Below, in pieces: positions 18,727 through 27,675 of a DNA stretch of 64,000 bases. The notes under the pieces were generated by a model that worked only from the letters and a program-made list of their open reading frames with translations, searched no databases and was not told where the DNA came from. Position 1 is the first letter of the stretch. Every line of letters begins with the position of its first letter. The position numbers and the translations under genes are program-made. The DNA comes from Alphaproteobacteria bacterium. GTDB taxonomy: Bacteria > Pseudomonadota > Alphaproteobacteria > Rhodobacterales > Rhodobacteraceae. The stretch is from positions 1,430-65,429 of the forward strand of contig JAAAPD010000034.1 in assembly GCA_009908505.1 (NCBI GenBank). Reading direction: 5' to 3'.

Positions 18727-20151
18727 ATGTCCGGCAAGCCGCTGGTCGTGGACGCGGATGGCACCCTGTTGCGCACCGACATGTTGCTGGAATGCGCCTG
18801 GAAGGGGTTGGGCACCGACCCGCACGGCATGTTGCGGGCGGTGGGCCGCCTGCCGGACCGGGCGGCGTTCAAAGCCGAGCTGGCCCGTATCGCGCCGTTG
18901 AGGATCGATCTGCTGCCGGTCCACGAAGAGGTGGTGGCGCTGGTCGAACGGGCCAAGGCGGAGGGGCGCGAGGTCGTGCTCGCCTCGGCCTCGGACAGGG
19001 CGCTGGTAGAGCCGCTGGCCCGGCGGTTCGGCTTTGACCGGGTCTTCGCGTCGAATGGCGGCGAGAACCTGAAGGGCGCCGCCAAGGCACGTGCGCTGGT
19101 CGAGGCCTATGGCGAACAGGGGTTCGACTATGCCGGCAACGATGTCTCGGACATGGAAATCTGGCGCCACGCCGATCACGCCATCGTCGTGGGCAAGGCC
19201 GGCGGGGCGGCGCAGAAGCTGGACGCGCCCACCCGGATCGACGGCGGCTGGACACCCCGCGCCCTGGTAAAGGCGCTGCGGCCGCATCAATGGGTCAAGA
19301 ACGTGCTTCTGTTCCTGCCGATGATCGCGGCCCATGCCTTCTATTTCGACACCTTCCTGCGGGTGTGCCTGGGGATCGTGGCCTTTTCGGCGGCGGCCTC
19401 GACCATCTATATCGTCAACGACCTTCTCGATATCGAGTCCGACCGGCAGCATGCCACAAAGAAAAAGCGCCCCTTCGCGGCCGGAACCGTGCCGATCCCC
19501 GTTGGCATGGCCGCCTGCCTTGTGCTGGCGACGGTGGCGCTGGGGCTCGGGGCGGCGCTGTCCTGGCACATGTTCGGAGTGGTGGCCTTCTACATGGCGC
19601 TCTCGCTGGCCTATTCGCTGCGCCTCAAGCGCCTGCGCTGGATCGACATCGCGACGCTGGCCTCGCTTTATACGTTGCGGGTTGTGGCCGGGGCCGCGGC
19701 CAGCCAGGTCTATGCGTCGGTCTTCATGCTGATCTTCATCTTCCCGATCTTCCTGACGCTGGGCTGCGTCAAGCGGATGACCGAACTGGCGCTGGCCCCC
19801 GATGACAAGCCGCTGCCCGGCCGTGGATATGCGCGGGGCGACCGGGGCGACCTGCTCAACATGGCGGTGCTGGGTATGGTGGGCGCCTTGGTGATCTTCT
19901 TCCTGTATTCCTGGTCGGACCAGGCGCGGATCCTCTACCCCGATCAATGGCTGCTCTGGGTGGCGCTTTTGCCGATCGCCGCCTGGCTCTACCGCATGAT
20001 CCGGCTGGGCTATTTCGGCAAACAGGATTATGACCCCATCGTCTTTGCCCTGCGCGACATTCGCGGCATCGGCTACCTGCTGATCACCCTGTCGCTGATG
20101 TTCTATGCCGCCGGTCTGTGGACCGAATGGTATTTCCGTCTGTTGGACTAG
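18727..20151 (+). CDS. HAD-UbiA fusion; decaprenyl/polyprenyl-phosphate phosphoribosyltransferase-like (DPPR synthase)
   Basis: N-terminal HAD motif VVDADGTL; LRPHQWVKN; UbiA motif YIVNDLLDIESDRQH..K..RPFAAG; many TM helices; C-terminal DPIVFA. Confidence 0.85.
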   Translation: MSGKPLVVDADGTLLRTDMLLECAWKGLGTDPHGMLRAVGRLPDRAAFKAELARIAPLRIDLLPVHEEVVALVERAKAEGREVVLASASDRALVEPLARRFGFDRVFASNGGENLKGAAKARALVEAYGEQGFDYAGNDVSDMEIWRHADHAIVVGKAGGAAQKLDAPTRIDGGWTPRALVKALRPHQWVKNVLLFLPMIAAHAFYFDTFLRVCLGIVAFSAAASTIYIVNDLLDIESDRQHATKKKRPFAAGTVPIPVGMAACLVLATVALGLGAALSWHMFGVVAFYMALSLAYSLRLKRLRWIDIATLASLYTLRVVAGAAASQVYASVFMLIFIFPIFLTLGCVKRMTELALAPDDKPLPGRGYARGDRGDLLNMAVLGMVGALVIFFLYSWSDQARILYPDQWLLWVALLPIAAWLYRMIRLGYFGKQDYDPIVFALRDIRGIGYLLITLSLMFYAAGLWTEWYFRLLD

Positions 20152-20888
20152 ATCGACATCTTCTTGAAGAGAGGTTCGGGAATGGCGCGGATCACCGTCA
20201 TGATCGGCCACCAGATGCGCCGGGTGTAGAGCACGTTCTTGCCGCGCTTGACCCCGGCCAGGATATCATCGGCCACCGCTTCTGCGGTTGTCATGAAGGG
20301 CAGGTCGTCCATGCCCTGCGTCATGGCGGTGTCCACCGGGCCGGGTTTGACCGTCATCACGTGCACGCCCTCGCGGCCCAACCGGTTGCGCAGGCCTGAC
20401 AGGTAGGTGGCAAAGCCCCCCTTGGCCGCACCATAGACATAATTGCCGATCCGGCCCCGGTCCCCTGCGACCGATCCGACGCCCACGATCGTGCCCGATC
20501 CGCGCGCCTCCAGGTGCGGGGCAAGCATCTGCAGGAACCGGGCGGGGCCGGTGAAACTGTCGGCGATAACGCCATCCAGCATGGCCGGGTCGGCGTCGAT
20601 CTCTTCCTGGGGCGGCATGGAGCCGACGAAAACCGCGCAATTGATCTGGCCGGCCTGTTTCAGGGCCAGGTCGATCACCGGCTGAAAACTGTCCGGGTCG
20701 CGCGCATCGAAGGCAACGGGTTCGGCCATGGTGGCGCCCCGCGCCAGCGCGTCGGTCGCATTGGTGCTTAGGTCATCCAGCCGACGCCCGGCCAGGATCA
20801 GCCCCGCGCCCTGTTCGGCCAGTTTCTGCATGAAAGCCCGCGCCATGGTCGAGCTTGCCCCCAGGATGATCCAGGTCTGTTCCATCAT
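20148..20888 (-). CDS. SDR oxidoreductase, DprE2-like
   Basis: ILGASSTMARA, GSVAGDRGRIGNYVYGAAK (YxxxK) and VKPGPVDTAMT; coupled to the DprE1-like gene. Confidence 0.82.
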   Translation of the reverse strand: MMEQTWIILGASSTMARAFMQKLAEQGAGLILAGRRLDDLSTNATDALARGATMAEPVAFDARDPDSFQPVIDLALKQAGQINCAVFVGSMPPQEEIDADPAMLDGVIADSFTGPARFLQMLAPHLEARGSGTIVGVGSVAGDRGRIGNYVYGAAKGGFATYLSGLRNRLGREGVHVMTVKPGPVDTAMTQGMDDLPFMTTAEAVADDILAGVKRGKNVLYTRRIWWPIMTVIRAIPEPLFKKMSI

Positions 20889-22192
20889 GTCCTCCGCAGG
20901 CCCAAACGCCGGACCATGTCTGTTGAAAGTGTCTCGTCCGGGTCCGCCTTAGCGACTTGGGCCGCCCAGTCCGGATGTTCGGGATACATCGCCTTGACGC
21001 GCGGCCCGGTCGCCAGTGCGTCCTTGGCAAGGTAGATGCGGCCACCGGCGGCGACCGTTCGATCCTCGAGCCGGGCGACCAGGTCGTGCGCGGCGTCACG
21101 ATTTGGGAAGTCCACCGCCAGCGTGTAGCCTTGCATCGGGAAAGACAGGTAACCGGCGCGCCCATCCCCCATGCGTTTCAGCACCGCCAGCGGCGAGGCG
21201 AGGCCGCTTTCGGCGATCTCGGCCAGCATCGTGCGCAGGGCCTCGGCCTGGTCCAGGGGCACCACACATTGGAACTGGTGAAAGCCGCGCTTGCCGTAAA
21301 GCCGGTTCCAGTCGTGGATCTTGTCCAGCGGAAAGAAGAAATCCTCGAAGGCGCGCACGACGGTCCGGCCGGATGCGGGCACCCTGTGATAATAAAGACT
21401 GTTGAAGGCCCGCACGATGGGCCCGGACAGTGCCCAGGCCGGCGCGTCCAGCGGCACGCTGCGCCGCCTTGGCCGGGCCGGGGGCAGGCCACGCCCGATC
21501 TCTGCCTCTTCAAGGATGCCGCGGCCCAGCCTGTCGCCGGTCGCGGTGGCGTCGATCCAGCCCACGCAATAGGTCGCGTCCGACGCATCGAGATGGGCGA
21601 TATGCTCGGCCCAACCCTCGACCCGGCGCTCGGTCACGACCATGACCTCGCCGGGGCAGGGTTTCAGCTGTAGCGTGACCTGGGTGATCACCCCGGTCTG
21701 GCCCAGCCCGCCGCAGGTGGCGGCCCAAAGCCGCTTGTCCCGGTTTGGCGTGATCCGGCGCATCTCGCCGTTCTGCAAAAGGGTCAGGGCGGTCACGTGT
21801 TGGCAGAAACTGCCGCTGCGGTGGTGGTTCTTGCCGTGTACATCCATGGCCACGGCACCGCCCACGGTGGCAAAGCCCGTGCCGGGCATGACGGGCGGCA
21901 CCCAGCCTTGTGGCGGCAGGATCCGGGCCAGTGTGCCGAGGGTCACGCCCGCCTCGACGGTGATCAGTCCGGTCTTGCGGTCAAAGGCGGTGATCCGGTC
22001 CTGCGCGGTCATGTCCAGCGCCGCACCGCCATCGTTGAGTGGCGCATCGCCATAGGATCGCCGGTTGCCGAAGGCCGGGGCGGCGGTGTCGATCTCGTGT
22101 GCGGTGACGGGGCGTGCGACGCGGCCCGTGGCGGTCAGCGCCCGGCCCCAGCCGGCATAGGAAATGTCCTTGCGCCAACGCATCGCGATCAC
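20885..22192 (-). CDS. FAD-binding oxidoreductase, DprE1-like
   Basis: GNRRSYGDAPLN, PGTGFATVGGAVAMDVHGKNHH, FHQFQCVVP, GYTLAVDF and GGRIYLAKD. GTG start at 22192 overlaps the upstream stop; ATG 22183 is the alternative. Confidence 0.88.
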   Translation of the reverse strand: MIAMRWRKDISYAGWGRALTATGRVARPVTAHEIDTAAPAFGNRRSYGDAPLNDGGAALDMTAQDRITAFDRKTGLITVEAGVTLGTLARILPPQGWVPPVMPGTGFATVGGAVAMDVHGKNHHRSGSFCQHVTALTLLQNGEMRRITPNRDKRLWAATCGGLGQTGVITQVTLQLKPCPGEVMVVTERRVEGWAEHIAHLDASDATYCVGWIDATATGDRLGRGILEEAEIGRGLPPARPRRRSVPLDAPAWALSGPIVRAFNSLYYHRVPASGRTVVRAFEDFFFPLDKIHDWNRLYGKRGFHQFQCVVPLDQAEALRTMLAEIAESGLASPLAVLKRMGDGRAGYLSFPMQGYTLAVDFPNRDAAHDLVARLEDRTVAAGGRIYLAKDALATGPRVKAMYPEHPDWAAQVAKADPDETLSTDMVRRLGLRRT

Positions 22193-23196
22193 CCCTGCGC
22201 CCGCGCCGCACTGCGTTCGGCCAACGGAAAGACCGCAAGCCCGATGGCGATGGCGAACCACAGCGTCGTCAGGCGGATCACAGCGGTGGCGGGAATCGAT
22301 ACCTCGAGCGGGACGCCCTCCAGGGACAGCAGCGCGACCATCGCCGCCTCGGCGCCGCCGACACCGCCGGGTGCGCCGGTCAGGCCGCCGGCCAGCGTGG
22401 CGAAGGTGAAGATGCCCATGGCCGTCCACAGGCCGATATCCGCCCCCATCCAGCCCAGAAGAAGGTGAAAGGCATAGCCCTCGGCGCCCCAGCCGATCAG
22501 GCCCAGCAAGATCGACAGCGAGAGGGTCGAGCCGGTCGAGAAAACAGCCAGGGACCGCGCCGCGCCGCGCACTCGCCCCAACAGGCGCGGCAGCAGGCCC
22601 GTGATCCGGTAGGCCCATGTGACGCCCCCGGCCAGAAGGCGCGGGCGCGTTGCGACCCAGGCCGCGGCAAGGGCCAGAAAGGCGACCGGGATGGCCAGTT
22701 TCGCGCCCCCCGCCGACAGGCCCACGGACAGCGCCAGGATCAGCGCCATGGCGGCCAGGTCCGAGGCGCGATCAACCAGCACCAGCGGCGCGGTCCGTTC
22801 CACGGCCCAACCGGTTTCGCGTTTCAGCCAGCGCATGCGGATCAATTCGCCCACGCGCCCCGGCGTCACCGACATGGCAAAGCCGCCCAGGAAATGCCGG
22901 ATGTCCTGAACCAAGCCCGTCGGCAGACCAAGGCGCCGGGCAAAAAGATGCCAGCGCGCGCCGCGAAACAGGTAGTTCACCAGGCTCAGCGCCAGCAGGA
23001 TCGCAACCTGTGCCCCGGTTAGGCGCATCAATTGATCTCGGGTTTCGGCCCATCCGGTTGCAGCGGCAAGCCCGGCCAGGCCCGCGATGACGACCGCGAA
23101 CAGCCCGGCCAAAAGGGCGATATCGCGCCAACGTCGGGCGGCGGCGCGCGGCGCGGGCGAGGCCGCCGCGGGTTGCGGAGAAATTGACATGCTCAT
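22189..23196 (-). CDS. Lysylphosphatidylglycerol-synthase TM-domain (YbhN/flippase-like) membrane protein
   Basis: RGARW, TPGRVGELIR, LVDRASDL, PGGVGGAEAAM and RLTTLW motifs; about 8 TM helices. Confidence 0.8.
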   Translation of the reverse strand: MSMSISPQPAAASPAPRAAARRWRDIALLAGLFAVVIAGLAGLAAATGWAETRDQLMRLTGAQVAILLALSLVNYLFRGARWHLFARRLGLPTGLVQDIRHFLGGFAMSVTPGRVGELIRMRWLKRETGWAVERTAPLVLVDRASDLAAMALILALSVGLSAGGAKLAIPVAFLALAAAWVATRPRLLAGGVTWAYRITGLLPRLLGRVRGAARSLAVFSTGSTLSLSILLGLIGWGAEGYAFHLLLGWMGADIGLWTAMGIFTFATLAGGLTGAPGGVGGAEAAMVALLSLEGVPLEVSIPATAVIRLTTLWFAIAIGLAVFPLAERSAARAQG

Positions 23197-23284
23197 TACC
23201 CGCCTATCTAGACACAGATTGGGGCGATATTATGAAACCGTTTCGTAAATCGAAACGGCTTCGCAGCGCGATGGTGTGCGGGTC

Positions 23285-25792
23285 TCAGGCCCTTTTGCGG
23301 CCCTTGCCCTTTTTCGCGGATTTCTCGGCGATCAACGCCACGGCCTGATCGATGGTCACGTCGCCCGGTTCCGTCCCCTTGGGAATGGTCGCGTTGACCT
23401 TGCCCCATTTCACGTAGGGCCCGTAGCGCCCGTCCATGACATTGACCGGCCCACCCTCGGACGGATGCTCGCCCAGTTCCTTGAGGGGCTTGGCCGCCGC
23501 CCGGCCGCCACGACCGGGATTGGCGCGTTTCTCGGCCAGCATTTCCACTGCACGGTTCATCCCGATCTGGAACACGTCGTCGGGGTCCTTGAGGTTGACA
23601 TAGACCGGCTTGGCCTCGTCAGGCATCTGGTGCATGACATAGGGTCCGAACCGGCCGAAATTCGACTTGATCACGCCGCCCTCGGGATGGTCGCCGATCT
23701 CGCGTGGCAGGCTGAGCAGGGTCAGCGCCTTTTCCAGGTCCATCGCCTCCTTGTCCCAGCCTTTGGGCAGCGAGGCGCGCGGCGGCTTCTTGTTTTCCGG
23801 CGTCGGCTCGCCGCGCTGGACGTAGGGGCCAAAGCGGCCCGATTTCAGCCAGATCTCGTCGCCCTGGTCCTCGCCCAGCACGCGTTCGTCGCCATCGGCG
23901 CCCTCGCCCGCGATGGGGCGGGTATAGGTGCATTCGGGGTAATTTCCGCAGCCCACGAACCCGCCCGTGCGCGAGGTTTTCAGGTGCAGGCGCCCGGTGC
24001 CGCATTTGGGGCAGGTGCGCGGATCGGTCCCGTCCTGGCGCGGGGGGTACAATTGCGGCGCCAGCACGTCGTCCAGCACGTCCAGCACCTCGGTGATGCG
24101 CAGTTCCGAGGTTTCCTCGATCGCCTTGTGGAAGTCGCGCCAGAACCCTGACAGGACCTCTTTCCAGTCGCGCTGACCGGCCGAGACATCGTCCAGCATC
24201 TCTTCGAGGTTGGCGGTGAACTCGTAGCCGACATACTTGCGAAAGAAGTTCAGAAGGAAAACGGTGACGATCCGGCCCTTGTCCTCGGGGATCAGACGGT
24301 TCTTTTCCTTGCGGACATATTCGCGGTCCTGGATCGTCGAGATCACGCTGGCATAGGTCGAGGGCCGCCCGATGCCCAGCTCTTCCATCCGCTTGACCAG
24401 CGTTGCCTCGGTATAGCGGGGCGGCGGCTGGGTGAAATGCTGTTCGGGGCTGACGGATGTCTTTTTCGCCGCCTCGCCCTCGGTCATCTGGGGCAGGCGC
24501 TTGTCGTCGTCATCGACCACGTCGTCGCGACCTTCTTCGTAGACGGCAAGGAAACCGTCGAACAAAACCACCTGGCCGTTGGCGCGAAGCACCACCTGCC
24601 CATCTGCGCTGGCGATATCGACGCTGGTGCGTTCCAGCCGGGCCGCTTCCATTTGGCTGGCCAGCGTGCGTTTCCAGATCAGATCGTACAGCTTTTTTTG
24701 GTCCTGTTCGCCGAGCTTGGCCTCGGCCACGGATTTGGCCATGTCCGTGGGGCGGATGCATTCGTGGGCTTCCTGCGCATTCTTGGCCTTGTTCTTGTAG
24801 ACCCGCGCGTCGGTCGGCACGTAGTCCTCGCCATAGCGCGCCTCGATTGCCGCCCGCGCGTCGGCCATGGCCTCGGGGGCCATGTCGATCCCGTCGGTCC
24901 GCATGTAGGTGATCAGCCCGGCCTCGTATAGGCGCTGGGCGGCGTTCATGCACTGCCGTGCACCCATGCCGAACTTGCGGCTGGCCTCTTGCTGCAGGGT
25001 CGAAGTCATGAAGGGCGGCGAAGGATTGCGGGTGCTGGGCTTGGCCTCGACCTTCTGCACCGACAGATCGCGCGAGGTGACGGCCTGAACGGCCATTTCG
25101 GCCTGGGTCGCGTTCTCGATATCGAACTTTTCCAGCCGTTTGCCGGCCAGGGTCGTCAGGCGCGCCTCGAAACCTTGCCCGCGCGGGGTCTCCAGCATGG
25201 CCTTGACCGTCCAGTATTCGCGGGGGTCGAAGGCCTCGATCTCCATCTCGCGTTCGACGATCAGGCGCAGGCAGACCGATTGCACCCGCCCGGCGCTGCG
25301 CGCGCCCGGCAACTTGCGCCACAGCACGGGCGAGAGGTTGAAGCCCACCAGGTAGTCCAGCGCGCGGCGGGCCAGGTAGGCCTCGACCAGGTCGCCATCG
25401 ACCTGGCGGGGGTGCTGCATCGCTTCGGTGATGGCCTCTTTCGTGATCGCGTTGAAGGTCACACGTCTGACAGCGGTGTCCTTCTTGATCGACCGGCGCT
25501 TGGTCAGCGCCTCTTGCAGATGCCAGCTGATCGCCTCGCCTTCGCGGTCGGGGTCGGTGGCGAGGATCAGTTCGTTGTCGTCCTTCAGCGCGTCGGCGAT
25601 GGCCTTGACGTGCTTCTTGCTGTCATTGGCAACCTCCCAGACCATGTCGAATCCGTTGTCCGGATCAACCGATCCGTTCTTGGGCGGCAGGTCGCGGACA
25701 TGGCCGTAGGAGGCGAGTACAGTGTAGTCGGAGCCCAGATATTTGTTGATTGTCTTGGCCTTGGCCGGGGACTCGACGACGACGACTGGCAT
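23285..25792 (-). CDS. topA: DNA topoisomerase I
   Basis: VVVESPAKAKTI, ATDPDREGEAI, SAGRVQS, ITYMRTD (catalytic Tyr), Zn-ribbon and C-terminal repeats. Start ATG 25792. Confidence 0.97.
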   Translation of the reverse strand: MPVVVVESPAKAKTINKYLGSDYTVLASYGHVRDLPPKNGSVDPDNGFDMVWEVANDSKKHVKAIADALKDDNELILATDPDREGEAISWHLQEALTKRRSIKKDTAVRRVTFNAITKEAITEAMQHPRQVDGDLVEAYLARRALDYLVGFNLSPVLWRKLPGARSAGRVQSVCLRLIVEREMEIEAFDPREYWTVKAMLETPRGQGFEARLTTLAGKRLEKFDIENATQAEMAVQAVTSRDLSVQKVEAKPSTRNPSPPFMTSTLQQEASRKFGMGARQCMNAAQRLYEAGLITYMRTDGIDMAPEAMADARAAIEARYGEDYVPTDARVYKNKAKNAQEAHECIRPTDMAKSVAEAKLGEQDQKKLYDLIWKRTLASQMEAARLERTSVDIASADGQVVLRANGQVVLFDGFLAVYEEGRDDVVDDDDKRLPQMTEGEAAKKTSVSPEQHFTQPPPRYTEATLVKRMEELGIGRPSTYASVISTIQDREYVRKEKNRLIPEDKGRIVTVFLLNFFRKYVGYEFTANLEEMLDDVSAGQRDWKEVLSGFWRDFHKAIEETSELRITEVLDVLDDVLAPQLYPPRQDGTDPRTCPKCGTGRLHLKTSRTGGFVGCGNYPECTYTRPIAGEGADGDERVLGEDQGDEIWLKSGRFGPYVQRGEPTPENKKPPRASLPKGWDKEAMDLEKALTLLSLPREIGDHPEGGVIKSNFGRFGPYVMHQMPDEAKPVYVNLKDPDDVFQIGMNRAVEMLAEKRANPGRGGRAAAKPLKELGEHPSEGGPVNVMDGRYGPYVKWGKVNATIPKGTEPGDVTIDQAVALIAEKSAKKGKGRKRA

Positions 25793-25984
25793 GGAAACTC
25801 CTTGAAAAGCAATGGGCCTCGGGCGGCGCATAAAGGCCGCGCGCCGCCGGGTTTGTCAATGCGTTGACTTGGGATGACCGAGCGCCGAGGTCAAGTCGTG
25901 ACCTGTTGATGTCGGTTTGGTGGCCGCTGTCACGAGGCCAATCGGGCGCCGTGGGCAACGGCCCGCCAGGCCCGCGGGGTGAGT

Positions 25985-27130
25985 TCAGACCGCCTTGGAC
26001 AGCAGCCCGCCGGGCTGGCGCAGGATCTTGCCATCGAGTTCGAGATCGACCAGCGCCGGCGCGATCTGGCCGGGTGCGGCGCGCAGGTCGCGGATCAACT
26101 GGTCCTCGGCCACCGGGCTGGGCCCGAGCCGGGCCAGGATATCCTGGTGGAGGCGGGCCGTGTCGCGCAGGCTTCGGCGGTCGGGTGCCGGTGCGGGGGG
26201 AATGTCCATGGCCATCTGTGCGCTCTGGACCGATGCGGGTTGATCTATCGCCTCGATCACGTCAGCGGCGTTGCGCACGAGATGCGCCCCGTCCCGTATC
26301 AACATGTTGCAGCCCGCCGCGCGGGCATCGAAGGGGTGGCCGGGCACGGCCATGACGTCGCGCCCCTGGTCTAGGGCATTGCGCGCGGTGATCAGGCTGC
26401 CGGATTTCGACGCGGCTTCGACCACGATGACGGCACGGACCAGACCGGAAATGATCCGGTTGCGCGCCGGGAAATGCCGCGCCTGTGGCTGCAGGCCCAT
26501 CGGCTGTTCGGACAGGCGCAGCCCGGACTCGGCGATCCTGCCGGCCAGCGCGGCGTTCTCGGGCGGATAGATCACGTCGACACCGCCCGCCTGCACTGCG
26601 ATCGTGCCGCTGTCGAAGGCCGCGTCATGGGCCACCGCGTCGATGCCGCGTGCCAGGCCCGATACCACGCAATAGCCCGCCTCGCCCAGGTCGGCGGCCA
26701 GTTTGCGGGTCATGCGGGTGCCAAGCGAAGATGCGTTGCGCGCGCCCACCAGTGCGACCAAGGGGCGCCGCAGAAGCGCCGCATCGCCCATCAGCCACAA
26801 GGCGACGGGCGCATCGGAGATTTCGGCCAGGTCGGCCGGGTAGTCGGCATCCCCCTGAAAGATCAGCCGCGCGCCGGACGCGGCGCCGGCCTTCAATTCA
26901 TTGACGATCACGCCTTCGGGGCAGGGGTCGTAGTTGTCCACGCCAGCGGCACGGGCAACCTGTGGCAGGGCGGCAAGTGCCGTGCCCGCATCCCCGTGTT
27001 CCGCCAGAAGGCGACGATAGGTCGATGGCCCCACGCGGCGCGAGCGCAACAGGCGAAGGGCGTTGAACCGTTCGTCTTCCGTGGTGGGTGGGAGTGGGGG
27101 GTGAGTGGAAGAGCATGTATCCCCGGTCAT
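25985..27130 (-). CDS. dprA: DNA-processing protein DprA
   Basis: LRSRRVGP, VALVGARNAS, VSGLARGID, FPARNRIISGL and SGSLITA; C-terminal wHTH; lies next to topA. Confidence 0.95.
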   Translation of the reverse strand: MTGDTCSSTHPPLPPTTEDERFNALRLLRSRRVGPSTYRRLLAEHGDAGTALAALPQVARAAGVDNYDPCPEGVIVNELKAGAASGARLIFQGDADYPADLAEISDAPVALWLMGDAALLRRPLVALVGARNASSLGTRMTRKLAADLGEAGYCVVSGLARGIDAVAHDAAFDSGTIAVQAGGVDVIYPPENAALAGRIAESGLRLSEQPMGLQPQARHFPARNRIISGLVRAVIVVEAASKSGSLITARNALDQGRDVMAVPGHPFDARAAGCNMLIRDGAHLVRNAADVIEAIDQPASVQSAQMAMDIPPAPAPDRRSLRDTARLHQDILARLGPSPVAEDQLIRDLRAAPGQIAPALVDLELDGKILRQPGGLLSKAV

Positions 27131-27174
27131 CCTGGCCTCCGCCTGTTGCGGGGTCAGGTGTAGACCGCCAAGGG

Positions 27175-27189
27175 TTAACCGTGGGTAAA
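27175..27189 (-). promoter_or_regulatory. Putative CtrA box upstream of dprA
   Basis: Minus strand reads TTTA-cccacgg-TTAA(CC), one mismatch to TTAA-N7-TTAAC, 45 nt upstream of the dprA ATG. Confidence 0.65.
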
Positions 27190-27225
27190 GGAAACCGCAG
27201 ATTTGCCGAGTTTCTGCGCGCAGGC

Positions 27226-27675
27226 TCAGCCGCTTGCGCGGTCGGTGCGCAGGCGCGGTTCAAGCAGCCAGGCCCCGGCCCAGAACAGCAATGCGAAGGG
27301 CATGGCCGCGACGGACCACAGATACATGGTGTAGAACCCACCATTGAGAAAGCCGGCCACACCGAAGAAGACCGCCGCGGTCGCGATCGCGGTGCCCGGG
27401 CCGGCCCAGCCGCTGCGCGCGGCGGGAATCGCCAGCAGGCAGGCCGGGATCAGGCCCACCCAGGTCACCAGGGGCGACATCAGCATCATGGCGGACATAT
27501 TGCCGAAGACCGCGTCGAGAAAGCCCGGCGTATTGGACTTCGACGAGGCGGCCAGAACGGCGAGACCGTGAAAGACCCCGCCCAGCAGAAGGGCGCCCAG
27601 CACCACGCCCAGCACCCCGCCCAGCAGCATCCGCCAGCTGGCGCCGGGCACGCGCGGGCTTCGGAACAGGCTCAT
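27226..27675 (-). CDS. Hypothetical membrane protein (149 aa, about 4 TM)
   Basis: Hydrophobic ORF; ATG 27675 overlaps the tldD stop (ATGA). Confidence 0.65.
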   Translation of the reverse strand: MSLFRSPRVPGASWRMLLGGVLGVVLGALLLGGVFHGLAVLAASSKSNTPGFLDAVFGNMSAMMLMSPLVTWVGLIPACLLAIPAARSGWAGPGTAIATAAVFFGVAGFLNGGFYTMYLWSVAAMPFALLFWAGAWLLEPRLRTDRASG

